Below are positions 53,097 through 64,000 of a DNA stretch of 64,000 bases, in pieces. Location: the NCBI GenBank assembly GCA_000004695.1, contig CM000155.2:704001-768000 (forward strand), in the 5' to 3' direction. Source of the stretch: Dictyostelium discoideum. Lineage: Eukaryota. Position 1 is the stretch's first letter. Each line of letters opens with the position of its first letter. Position numbers and translations under genes: made by a program. The notes beneath the pieces were generated by a model. It saw nothing but the letters and a program-made list of their open reading frames with translations, had not been told where the DNA came from and searched no databases.

Positions 53097-53532
53097 AAAT
53101 AAATAAACAAACAAATAAACAAAAAGGTTTTTTTTTTTTTTTTACTTTAAAATATTTTATTTTTATTTTTATTTTTTTTATTTTTTTTATTTTTTTTTTA
53201 AAAAATCTGGGTTACCCATTATTCTATGTTTTATTTTATTATTATTTTTATTTTTTTATTTTTCATTTTCTTAAAAAAATTAAAAAAAAAAAATTAAAAA
53301 TAACTGGATTTTTTAAAAGAAAAATAAAAAAAAAATTAAAAAAAAAAATTAAAAAAAAAAATTAAAAAAAAAAAAATTAAAAAAAAAAAATTAAAAAATG
53401 GTGACTTAAAATTTTGCAACTATCAAGGGGGTTATATTTTTTTTTTTTTTAATTTTTTTTTTTTTTTAATTTTTCACTTATTATTTTAAGTTGGTCATTA
53501 ACTTAAAATATATATGTATTTTTTAAATTACT

Positions 53533-53568
<36 letters not shown>

Positions 53569-53606
53569 GTTTTTTCTCTCCCTCTGTTGATCTTTTTTAG
53601 AGAGAA

Positions 53607-54351
53607 ATGGTAACATTTAACCTTAAAAATGTAACCGATGAACACTATGATCCTTCTAATCTCAATCTGAAGACGATTTCAATGGAACAGGCTTTAGAGT
53701 TAGAAGAACAGTCAAAAGTTAATTTTTCATCTCCAGATTTTATGTTTCAATTTTTATTAATGGAAACACTTTTAATTAAAGAAGTTAAAAGGATAGAAGA
53801 AAGTAACTATTGTAGTTTAGAAAGAGGCGAAGGACCATATGTAAAAATCAATTGGACCCCAAATTTTGAGGATTTCATTTCAAACTCATTAAAAATAACT
53901 GAATATGAAATTGGTGAAAATTTTCATTTTAGAGATAATTTATTTCGTAAGTATTGGTTTAAAATTTTGGTTTCTTGTGATACAAATAAAAAATATACAT
54001 AAATTGTTATTATGATTAATATATATTTTATAGATATATATATATATTATACATATATACTAATCATAATTACAATTAGCTAAAAACTACTCACAAATGA
54101 AAAGAGATAAAGCTAAAAAAAGTTTAGAATCACTTAATTTACTTAAACACAAAGCTCGTAAAATGATAAGTGAGTTTCAAACATTAAAAGAACATTTAAA
54201 TGAAAAAATTAGGGAAGTAGAGAGTAACTATGCATTAAAAGTAAAGGAGCATAATCAAATATCCTCTGAAATAGAAAACCTAGAGTCACTTTTGTTATTA
54301 GATGAGCCACAACAACAATCATCTTCACCACAAAAACCACAACAACAACAG

Positions 54352-54382
<31 letters not shown>

Positions 54383-55339
54383 CTCAAAAGAAGGCTCACC
54401 ATAAACAAAAATCACCACCTCAAAAAAAACCACAACAACCACAGCAACAACAACAACCACCACCACAACAACAACCACCACCACAACAACAACAACAAAA
54501 CTCTGTTGGAATTTTACCAAAGATATTACCATCAAAAAGTTTGGCTGTATTACCTTGTTCTGTAAAGGATGCTGGTAATTTATTGTTAAAATCTACACCA
54601 AGTAAGTTGCTTGCTGGTGCAGATTCAAAAGAAGAACAATTTTTTGAAATAGAGATTATTCATCTTCATAAATATATTGAAACAATTGAATTGGAATTTG
54701 AATTACAAGTTTTGCCTGATCCCATATCAGAGCATAATCTTGTTCCAATCTCAACAGAACCACAAGAGATTCAACAAGGTGGAAGAGGATATAAACTTAA
54801 ATTTGCTACAACTGAGTTTATAAAATCCCCTCATCAAATGGTTACACTTGTACTTTGGGCAACAATTAAAGGTACAGAAATCTCAAGTAATGCAATACTA
54901 AAACCAATTAAAATCATCTCTCTACATAATAGTTCCAATAGAATAAATCAACAAAACTATTGTGGACTTGATGAAAATTTACAAAAAAGAAGATCACAAC
55001 TTCTCATTAATATCCATAAAGGTTGTAATATTGATGAAACCATTAATAATATTAATAATATTAATCATAGTTTCACTCAATTATTTGGCACATTTGAATT
55101 TTATGAACAGCAAATGAAAAAAAAGATATTAAAAAAAGAAATTAAAAAGAAAGAATATCAAATTAAATATCCTTATCCTCCAGATTCTAGAACAGTTGCA
55201 ACACATTCAATTAATTTTAGAAAGACAGATGCTAATGGTAATTATGTTTGTCATGGTGCTGTTGGTGCAAATAAAGTTGGTTATTTCTTGGGTTTCTTAA
55301 AAAATGGTGGTGAAGATTTTCCAATTCTTAAAAAAGATG

Positions 55340-55376
<37 letters not shown>

Positions 55377-55424
55377 CAATATAGCTGAAAGACCTGGTAG
55401 TAATAATAATATAGTTGAAAGACC

Positions 55425-55517
<93 letters not shown>

Positions 55518-55548
55518 TAGCAGTAATAATATTAATAATAATAACAAC

Positions 55549-55628
<80 letters not shown>

Positions 55629-56280
55629 GGTAGATACTATAAATCCAGGTAATCCAAATCAAAGAAATAAACAAGGTCAAACACCATTACATTTATCAAC
55701 TCATTATAGAATTGGATATGAATTTACACGTATCATTTTGAAGAAAAAAGGAAACGTTTTTTTGAAAGATAATTTCGGACAAACTTGTTTCCATTTGGCC
55801 GTGGAGAGATGTCATTCAACAATGGTTTTAAATCTACTGAGATTGTATCCCAATCTGGTATTTAAACAAAATAATCATGGTCTCTATCCTGTCCATTTCG
55901 CAGCAATGGATGACACGGTCGATATCATTGATATTTTCATCGATCATCAAATTCAACTACTGGAGAGAGACAAAAACGCGCCTTTGTTTATCCTTTTCCA
56001 AGATTCAGTCGGTATGACCCCTCTACACTGGGCTGCTTCACTGGGTTTAACTAGTATCTGCCAAAAGTTAGTCCAATTTGGTGGTTGCAACATTAGAGAT
56101 TTTGAAGGTGAAACTGCAATTTTCAAAGCAATTCGTTCGGCAAACCCTACAACTTTCCAATATTTCCTTAGTCTTCCCGAAGTTGATACCTCCATCATTA
56201 ATTTCAACGGTATGGGTATAGAGTCTCTATTAAAATTTAGAAATGTTAAAAAAATTCAACCAGAAATTTGTCAATTCTGA
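53607..56280 (+). CDS. Ankyrin-repeat protein with coiled-coil and poly-Q/poly-N regions. Exons: 53607-53946 and 54080-56280 (about 847 aa). The exon 1-2 join is tentative.
   Basis: A GTAAGT donor lies after ..RDNLF. A 133-nt AT-rich intron ends CAATTAG. Exon 2 is in phase and encodes a coiled coil and Q/P-rich segment, then ankyrin repeats (GQTPLHLSTHY, GQTCFHLAVERCHSTMVLNLL, GLYPVHFAAMDD, GMTPLHWAASLG, GETAIFKAIRS). Confidence 0.55.
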
Positions 56281-56311
56281 TCCAATAAACAATAAAATAT
56301 TTATTCACCTA

Positions 56312-56348
<37 letters not shown>

Positions 56349-57359
56349 TTGTTATATAATTGTAATTTTAATTATTTACCTTACAAAACTTACAAAATGA
56401 CCTAACCGATTGTTTTTAATAACCTTTATTTAATTAAAAAGTAAAAATAAAAAATAAAAAATAAAAAAAAAATATTTTAAAAAACAAAAATAAAAAATAA
56501 TAAACACATAATAGATATTAAAATAAGATTTTTTCTAATTAAGGGATAGAAATTAAGTCAAATAAATTTTTTTTTTTTTTTTTTTTTTTTATTTAATTTA
56601 AAGGTTAGTAATTTAAAGATTTTAAAATCAAAATTGTTATATTATTTAAGAATACGGAAATTTCATCAATCTTCTAAAAAAAAAAAAACAATCTATCATC
56701 GACATTATTTGTTTTTTTTTTTTATAAAATTATTTTTTATTTATTTTTTTATTTATTTATTTATTTTTATTTATTTTTTTATTTATCTATTTAATTATTT
56801 GTTTGTTTGCACCATTACCTTTTTTGAAAAAGACATTTAAAATTCCTTTGAAAATAACTTAATATTTTAAGCTTATGTTTTTTTAAGTTATTTATTTTAA
56901 TAACTTTGCCACAAAGATTTATTTTTTGAGTTTGATTTTATTTTCAAAAAAAGTTTTTAAAAAAATTAATAAAAATTTTTTTTTTTTTTTTAAAGTCTAA
57001 AAAAAAAAATTTAATCATTTTAAATAACAAAAAAATAATATTTTATGTTAATTTTGATAAATTTTTTATTTAATATAAAAAAAAAATAAAAAAAATTCTT
57101 ATTAAACTCAACACAAAGCATGCTTTACTTTGAATTTTTTTTTTTTTATTTTAATATTTATTTCAAGATTTATTTTATAAAAAAGATATATTTTATCTGT
57201 GTTTTTTTTTTTTTTTTATTTTATTCCATTTAACCCCATATTTAATTGATTGTAAAAAAAAAAAAAAAAAAAAATTTAAGATCCACAAAGAATAAAAACA
57301 TTAACATTTTAAAGGAGTTTAAATTATTAAGTCTTTTAAAAATCCGCAAACAGCTTTTG

Positions 57360-57393
<34 letters not shown>

Positions 57394-58031
57394 CAAGTTT
57401 ATTCGAATTTATGAGCTCATAATAAAATTTATCCCAGCCAAAAAAAAAAGGATTCGAAAATTCAACCTCTCAACAATCCGAGATGATAAAACAAATAAAA
57501 TTATTTTATTATTTCTTTATATATAAAAAAAAATCAAAAATTATCATACATGAGCGGGGTACTGGTTTAAATTAATAAAAAAAAAAAAAAATAATAAAAT
57601 TTTGTTTAAAAAAAAAAAAAAATATCTTTCTTAGGTCCGACAAAAATAAATATTATCATGAAATTTATATTTTTATAATTTCTATTATTTTTTTATTTTT
57701 TAAATTATTTATATTTCTATAATTTTTATTTATTTTTTTTTTATTTTTTTTTTATTTTTTTTTTGTTTTTTTTTGTTTTTTTTTGTTTTTTATTTATTTT
57801 CTTTTTATTTTCTTAATAAACAAAAAAAAAAAAAAAAAAACCCTAATGCTGGGAGTTTAAAAAATTGAATATGGAATATTGATTTATTATTAAAATCTAT
57901 TATTATCATAATTTTCCTGAAGTTTATTTGTGTGAATTAAAGAGAGAGTGTGAATTAAAGAGAGAATCCTCAAGTCACTCGAATTTTTGTTTTTAAAATT
58001 TGATTTTTTTTTAAATTTTTTTTTTTTTTTT

Positions 58032-58067
<36 letters not shown>

Positions 58068-58166
58068 GGATGACCTAATATACGTTGGAAATTATTTTTT
58101 TTTTATTTTTTTTTTTATTTTTTTATTTTTTTTCTACTAAACATAACTATAATACTAAATTAAATT

Positions 58167-58198
<32 letters not shown>

Positions 58199-58389
58199 GG
58201 TAACCCCTTAATAATAATAATAATATTTAATAATTCGCAATATTGTAATAACAACATAGATTTTTTTTTTTTAAATTTTTTTTTAAAAAAAAAAAATATC
58301 TCATTTTGTGTTGAATTAATCAAAAAAAAAAAAAAAAACAAAAAAAAAAAACCAAAAAATTTGTCAAACATAGCTATTTTAATTAAAAA

Positions 58390-59299
58390 ATGAATAATGA
58401 TGCCGATATTCCAACTCTTTTTGAACATACCAGAATAGGAGGAACTGTTTCTATGGATAAATATAGTCAAATTTTAAACGATAATGGTAAATTATATTAA
58501 TTAAAATTTTTAAAAAAAAATAATAAATAATAAAAAAATAAAATTGTTTCTTTTTTTGTTTTGTTTTTGTTTTATTTTATTTTGTTTTAATTTTATATTT
58601 TACTTATAAATTAATTATTAATTTTTAATTATTTATTATATTTTTTTTTTCTTTTTTTTTTTTTTTTTTAAATATAAATTATTCTTAATTTTTTTTTTTT
58701 TAGAATCATATTTACAAGATTTCTCATTCAGTGCAAGTACAAATGTTCTCGTTGGAATTAATGGAAATCAACAAACATCATCATCAATCAATCCAGCACA
58801 ATTAAATATGTCACAATCACAACAACTTTTTCAACAATATTTTAATACAGCACCAACAACCAATACTCCATTAAATCAATCACAACAACAACAACAACAA
58901 ATTGCACAACTTCAAAGTCAAGTGCTACAACTAATACAACAACAACAACAACAATCACAATCAACACCAATTTCACCACCACAAAGTTTACCACAATATC
59001 AATCACAATCGTCACCAGCTCAACCACCAACAAACTATACTGATAATAGTTATAATGTACCATCACCAACACAAGATTTAATGTCATTATTTCAACAATC
59101 ACAAAATCAAAATCAAGTTCAACCATCTCCACAACTACTACTTCAAGCTTTACAACAACAACAACAAATTCAACTTCAACAACAATTACAACAACAACAA
59201 CAGCAACAACAACAAACTCAACAACAAAATGGTATTCCATCATTACAACAAATTCAACAACAAATTCAAGCATTCCAAGCACAAAATCAATTACCACTC

Positions 59300-59338
<39 letters not shown>

Positions 59339-62299
59339 ATACCAGATAATAGTAATAACAATAATAATAATAATAATTATAGTGTACCAAATTATTCACC
59401 AGTTACAAATTTGGATCATATACCATCATCCCCATTATCAAATAATTCAATTCCATCATCTCCATATCAAAATCCAAATGCACCATCATTACAAATTGAT
59501 GAGATTGCAATGAATAATTCATTACAAAAGTTTGCTCAAACCTATAATACTATTGAACATCAACAACAACAATTGATGTCACAACCATTACATAGAGTCA
59601 CTGGTAATCTAACAAACTCTATTGAAGAGGATGATGAGGATGATAATGGAAAATTAAAGAAAAAGAAATCCAAATCATCACCAATTCCAACCAGTAGTTC
59701 AGCCAAAGTGAGACCAACATCGAGTTCACCAGTTTCAAGCTCAAAAATGACTACCAAATCTAAAGAGTTGACACAAAAAGAAAAGAGTTCAGAAAAGGTT
59801 AGAAAAGCAATTGAAGAACATAAGAAAAGACTCTCTTTACCATACGATATCCCAACCATTGAATTTTTACCACGTGATTTAATTCCTGAGCCAAATTCAG
59901 TTACCAACAATCATATCATCACACCACCAACAGTCATTAAATTAAATTTACCACAAAGTAAAACCGATTTCTCAAACTACTGGGTCACAGCTCGTTTAAC
60001 TGAAAAAGATAAATTCAAAATCGATTATACCAAAGAACACTTTGAATGGGATGGTTATGCAACTTTTAACATTAAAATCGAGAAACCAAAGGGTAATGAA
60101 AAAACAGAATTCTTTAAAATTCGTTATGACCTCTTTTGTGAAGATCAAGATGGTAATCCATTGTATTTAGGAAACATTATCTCTGACCAAATTCGTTATT
60201 GTTATCATACAAGTTCATTACCAAATCCAAAGATCGAATTCATTTCACCATCAATGGTTAATCCATTGGCATTGGTTCCAAAGTTAGAATTAAATTCTTC
60301 ATTCTTTAAACATGGTGATGCCCATCCATTGGTGGTTTTATTCCTTGACAAACATGGTAAACAAGTTCTTCATCATCAAAGACCTGCCAAAAGTAATTGG
60401 ACCTCTGAATGGTCTATTAATATTGAAACTCCAGTTTTACCACCTGGTTCATATAGAGTTTTCGCTGTTTATTTAAAAAAGAATGAAGAAATTACTCCAT
60501 CATTAATTAATAATTTAAATCAAGATTTCTCTTGTATGATTTATTATTCTGATAATACAATTATTAATTCAACAAATTTAATTAATAATTTAAATAATAA
60601 TAATGGTAATGGTGGTGGTGGTGGTAATAATAATAATGGTAATAATAATAATAATGGTAATAATGATAATAATAATAATGGTAATAATGATAATAATAAT
60701 AATAATAATAATAATGGTAATAATGATAATTACTTTGGTGGTAATAATGGTGGTAATGATGGATTTAGTTTTAATAATTATTCATTAAATGTTAATGGTG
60801 GTAATAATATTTTTTATAAGATTTATATTGAAATTAGTAAATGTGAAGAATCTCAATTATCAAAATATGAAACCTATAGAAATATTACTAATGAAGTTAA
60901 TGGTGATTCATTGTTAATGTATTCAATTTTATCAAATGATTTATCAACATTTAAAAAGTTACTCTTATTAAAGACAAATATTGCCATCATGAATAATGCT
61001 CACTTTAATGCCTTACATTATGCAGCTTATTCTTCATTACAAAGAGAGGAATTCTTTGAAATATTAATTTCATCAAAAGATCATCATTCTGCAACTTCTT
61101 TAGAAACCTGTATAAACACTCCAAATCAAATTGGTAAATATGTCATTCATATGTTGGCCGAAATTAAAAATACAACTGCTATCATCAACTTATTGAATAG
61201 ATACCCAACCATGTTCAATATGGTTGATGCTCGTGGTTTCATCGCTTTACATTACTTTGTTATGCATCGTGAGGAAATGGGCTCTTGTAAATTAATTGAT
61301 TTCTGGGAAAATAATCTCTCAACAACTATTTCATCACCAAATACTGGTTTAACTTGCCAAACCTATAGCTCCGGTATGAATGTTTTACATTTAGCATGTG
61401 CAATGGGAAATGTAAAGATTGTAAATAGATTATTGAAAACTCGTGCTTTCGATTTATATCAACGTGACAACAAAGAGGAATTATGTATTCATAAAGCAAT
61501 TGGTAATCAAAAATTCGATGTCATTCGTTTACTTAAATTCATTGGCTTTGATATTAGTTTGGTTTTAGATGAAATAAAATCTGTTCAAGATGATCTCGAA
61601 TCCTATGATGAAGATGAATTAGCTTTCACAAGTAGATGTCAATTAGATTATATCACTAAATCTTATACTCAAATCACTCCAAGTATGAGAGAATCTTCAG
61701 TTAACTCTAATAATACTACTAGCAACACCAGCGATCCAACCGTTGAAGAGGATTTAATCAATAGATTAATTAAATTATCACATTCAGACTCATCATCTCA
61801 TACTCCATCATTATCACATTTACCAAAATTATCATCATCTTCCTCTTCAGATACTACAACTCATTTACTCTCAGAGTCACAATCTTCCACTGGTGGTAAT
61901 GTTACCTATACATTTGGTCATAGTACAAAGAAATTGGATGAAATTCTTGAAAAATTAGCCAACAAAATCAAAAAATTAGAAACTACCAATAAAACTTTGG
62001 AACAAAGAATTAGTCAACAAGAAGAGAAACAAAGAGATTCAAATGACCCAACTGATGAAACTTATTTAGATGCTATTAATATGTTTGTAAAAAACAACTC
62101 CAATCAAACCTATCAACGTATTGATAAGAAGACTGGTAAAACTGTTATACTCTCTTCTGAAAGTATGAATGCCTTTAAAGATAATTGTAAATTCCTTCCT
62201 TCAAATATTATTGGTAAAATTATTTCTTCCACTGAAAAAGATGATCAATTAATTGTTGATGTTGATTTCTATTTCGAAAATGAACAAGCTTTAGTTTAA
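58390..62299 (+). CDS. Poly-Q-rich ankyrin-repeat protein with a C-terminal coiled coil. Exons: 58390-58486 and 58704-62299 (about 1230 aa). It is paralogous in its ankyrin domain to 53607-56280.
   Basis: Exon 1 is MNNDADIPTLFEHTRIGGTVSMDKYSQILNDN. The donor is GTAAAT and the acceptor (T)nAG, in phase 1. Ankyrin repeats are present (NALHYAAYSS, GFIALHYFVMH, GMNVLHLACAMGNVKIVNRLL, ELCIHKAIGN). The block INLLNRYPTMF..ALHY parallels LNLLRLYPNLV..PVHF in the other gene. Confidence 0.65.
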
Positions 62300-62881
62300 A
62301 ACTTTAAACAATAATATCTAAAAAACTAAAAAACTAAAAAAAAAACTAAAAAACTAAAAACTTTAAAAAAAAAATTCTCTATTACAAACTTTTTTTATTA
62401 AACATTTAAATAAATAAATTATTCACAAATTTAGTTTAAAAAATTTTATTTATAAATATTTATGATATGATTTTTTTTTATTTCTTTTTTTCAAGAAAAA
62501 ACTGTTTAAATAATCATTTGTAGATTTTTTTTTTATCTGGTTTTGGGGATGGTATTAAAAGAAAAAAAAATAAAAATAAAACAATGGTTTAAAATTTGAG
62601 TAAACTTAAAAAAATGGGTGGTAAATGGGTTATAATTCTAGGTTATATTTTTTATCATCATTATTTTTATTTATTTTTTATTTTTTATTTTTTTTTTTTT
62701 TATTATTGTACCACAAATTTCTTTTCTTTTTTTTTTTTTTTTTTAATATCCAGATTTATTGAAGTATTTTTTTAGCTGATATCTTCCATTGGACTAAAAG
62801 GAAAAAAAAAAAAAAAAAAAAAAATTAGTTTTTGTTTATGAGTTTGTATTTGTTTTTAGGAAAATAAAATATAAAAAAAAC

Positions 62882-63128
62882 TTACTCTTCATATTGAGAT
62901 AATTGACCTGTATTCTTTCCAGAAGCTAATTTCTTTAAATAATTATTACTTAATGAAATCTTTTCATCCATCTCTTTAATCTTTGATTCTAAACCAACAA
63001 TATTGTTGATATTACGATCCAAATCATTTAAGATAGTTGGACCACTAAAATCTTCAAAACATTCATCAAAAGTAACCATACCATCTTTTTGATTAATAGT
63101 TGCAAAAATTTCCCCTTCTTCAATCTAT

Positions 63129-63179
<51 letters not shown>

Positions 63180-64000
63180 TTATTTTTTTTTGTTAATTAA
63201 AATATAAAAAAAAAAAAAAAAAAAAAAACTATAATAAAAGTAATTAATACAAACCATCTTTAAAACGAATTGTTCAGCTTTTGCTTTTGGAAGAGAAACC
63301 TTTTCAGCAATATCATTAATTGAAAGAGTCATAAAAGTTTGAGTGAGTTTTTTGATATTTCTACGATAGGTTGATTTAATTGAAAGTTTAACTAAACCCC
63401 AGTTGCTATCCTTTTGGAAGAATTCAGCACCAGATGAAGCTTTATTCATAATATCATTTATATTACCATTTGAAAAGGATTGAACAAATTCTGTGTATGG
63501 TTTACAATGAGATTTAATATTTCTTTGAACAACTGCTGGTGTACATTTTGGGAAATGTTGAACTGAACCAAATTGAATTAAATATACAATTAAATATTTT
63601 TTATAAGCTTCAACTGTAATTGCACTTAATGCTGATGCTGGTGCAGTAATAACCTAATTTTAAAATTATTATTATTATTATTATCATTAATTATAAATAT
63701 AAATAAATAAATAATTAAATAATTACAAATTTAAAAGCTTCAATTGCTTTTTTATATTTCTTAAAAGCAGTGAAAATGATACCAGAATAGTAAAAGTAAC
63801 AAAGAATATCTTTGATGGCGATTGAAGATTGTTCTGGATTAATGTGAGTGATGTTACTTTCAATTAATGGGAGTGCTTGATGATAACATTTTGAAAGGAT
63901 ACAAAGTTGTAAAAAATCTGTATGAATTGGTGTAAGAGTGGTTGTTGGTTTATTATCGGATAAAATATTAAGTGCATCTTTGAGTACTGCAACACCTCTA
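62882..64000 (-). CDS. csn3: COP9 signalosome complex subunit 3 (PCI-domain protein), C-terminal about 300 aa. The N-terminus lies beyond the right edge. Exons: >64000-63727, 63653-63255, 63124-62882.
   Basis: The hand translation matches CSN3 throughout: LTPIHTDFLQLCILSKCYHQALPLI, DILCYFYYSGIIFTAFKKYKKAIEAF, VITAPASALSAITVEAYKKYLIVYLIQFGSVQHFPKCTPAVV, GLVKLSIKSTYRRNIKKLTQTFMTLSINDIAEKV and KMIEEGEIFATINQKDGMVTF. The two introns (GTAATT..TTAG, 73 nt; GTTTGT..AATAG, 130 nt) are phase 0. Confidence 0.85.

Noticed and set aside
58180-58470. Minus-strand ORF of 96 aa overlapping the first exon of the poly-Q ankyrin gene.
   Set aside because: It is antisense to a well-supported exon 1 (58390-58486) and consists largely of poly-F/K from A/T runs.
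63180-63449. Minus-strand 89-aa ORF inside the CSN3 region.
   Set aside because: It is a wrong-frame reading. The CSN3 exon 63255-63653 in the other frame has strong homology and proper splice sites.

Overview
Identification of this window as social-amoeba (Dictyostelium discoideum-type) nuclear DNA is an inference from composition: extreme AT richness, (AAT)n/(CAA)n coding microsatellites giving poly-Asn/poly-Gln tracts, and short very AT-rich GTAAGT...AG introns. Three 100-nt N gaps (29634-29733, 31011-31110, 42165-42264) mark assembly joins. The sequence around them (28.6-32.2 kb) is low-complexity and probably low quality. There are no rRNA, tRNA, CRISPR or prokaryotic-style features. The genes are called by recognising the encoded proteins. 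Confident calls are NmrA-like (7008-7934), a 3beta-HSD/NSDHL-like extended SDR (8314-9687), an Arp5-like actin-related protein (10429-12752), two tandem UNC93/MFSD11-like MFS transporters (15367-16881 and 17305-18819, minus strand), a TVP38/TMEM64 (DedA) membrane protein (20492-22026), an F-box/WD40 protein (22193-24514), OST48/DDOST (33175-34949) and a partial COP9 signalosome subunit 3 on the minus strand at the right edge. Weaker protein-based calls are an AP-sigma-like longin-domain protein with a long disordered tail (26635-28579), two paralogous ankyrin/polyQ proteins (53607-56280 and 58390-62299), several secreted Cys- or Asn/Ser-rich proteins, and a Thr-rich mucin-like membrane protein. 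The most interesting region is a locally amplified family, between about 35 and 53 kb, of large helical-repeat proteins carrying an N-terminal mitochondrial-presequence-like exon. It has two intact paralogs, one divergent member and at least four pseudogene fragments. The other notable observations are a degenerate R2-like ribonucleotide-reductase paralogue with lost iron ligands and an in-frame stop, and an unusually GC-rich block of three back-to-back short ORFs with overlapping stop/start codons. There is also a roughly 125-bp nested perfect palindrome preceded by a DUSE-like ncRNA promoter motif, plus remnants of a third UNC93-like gene copy. ORF-track entries lying inside microsatellites or antisense to the recognised genes are treated as spurious. 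The track appears to allow non-ATG starts (ORF 35588 begins on TTG), so its start coordinates were not trusted.
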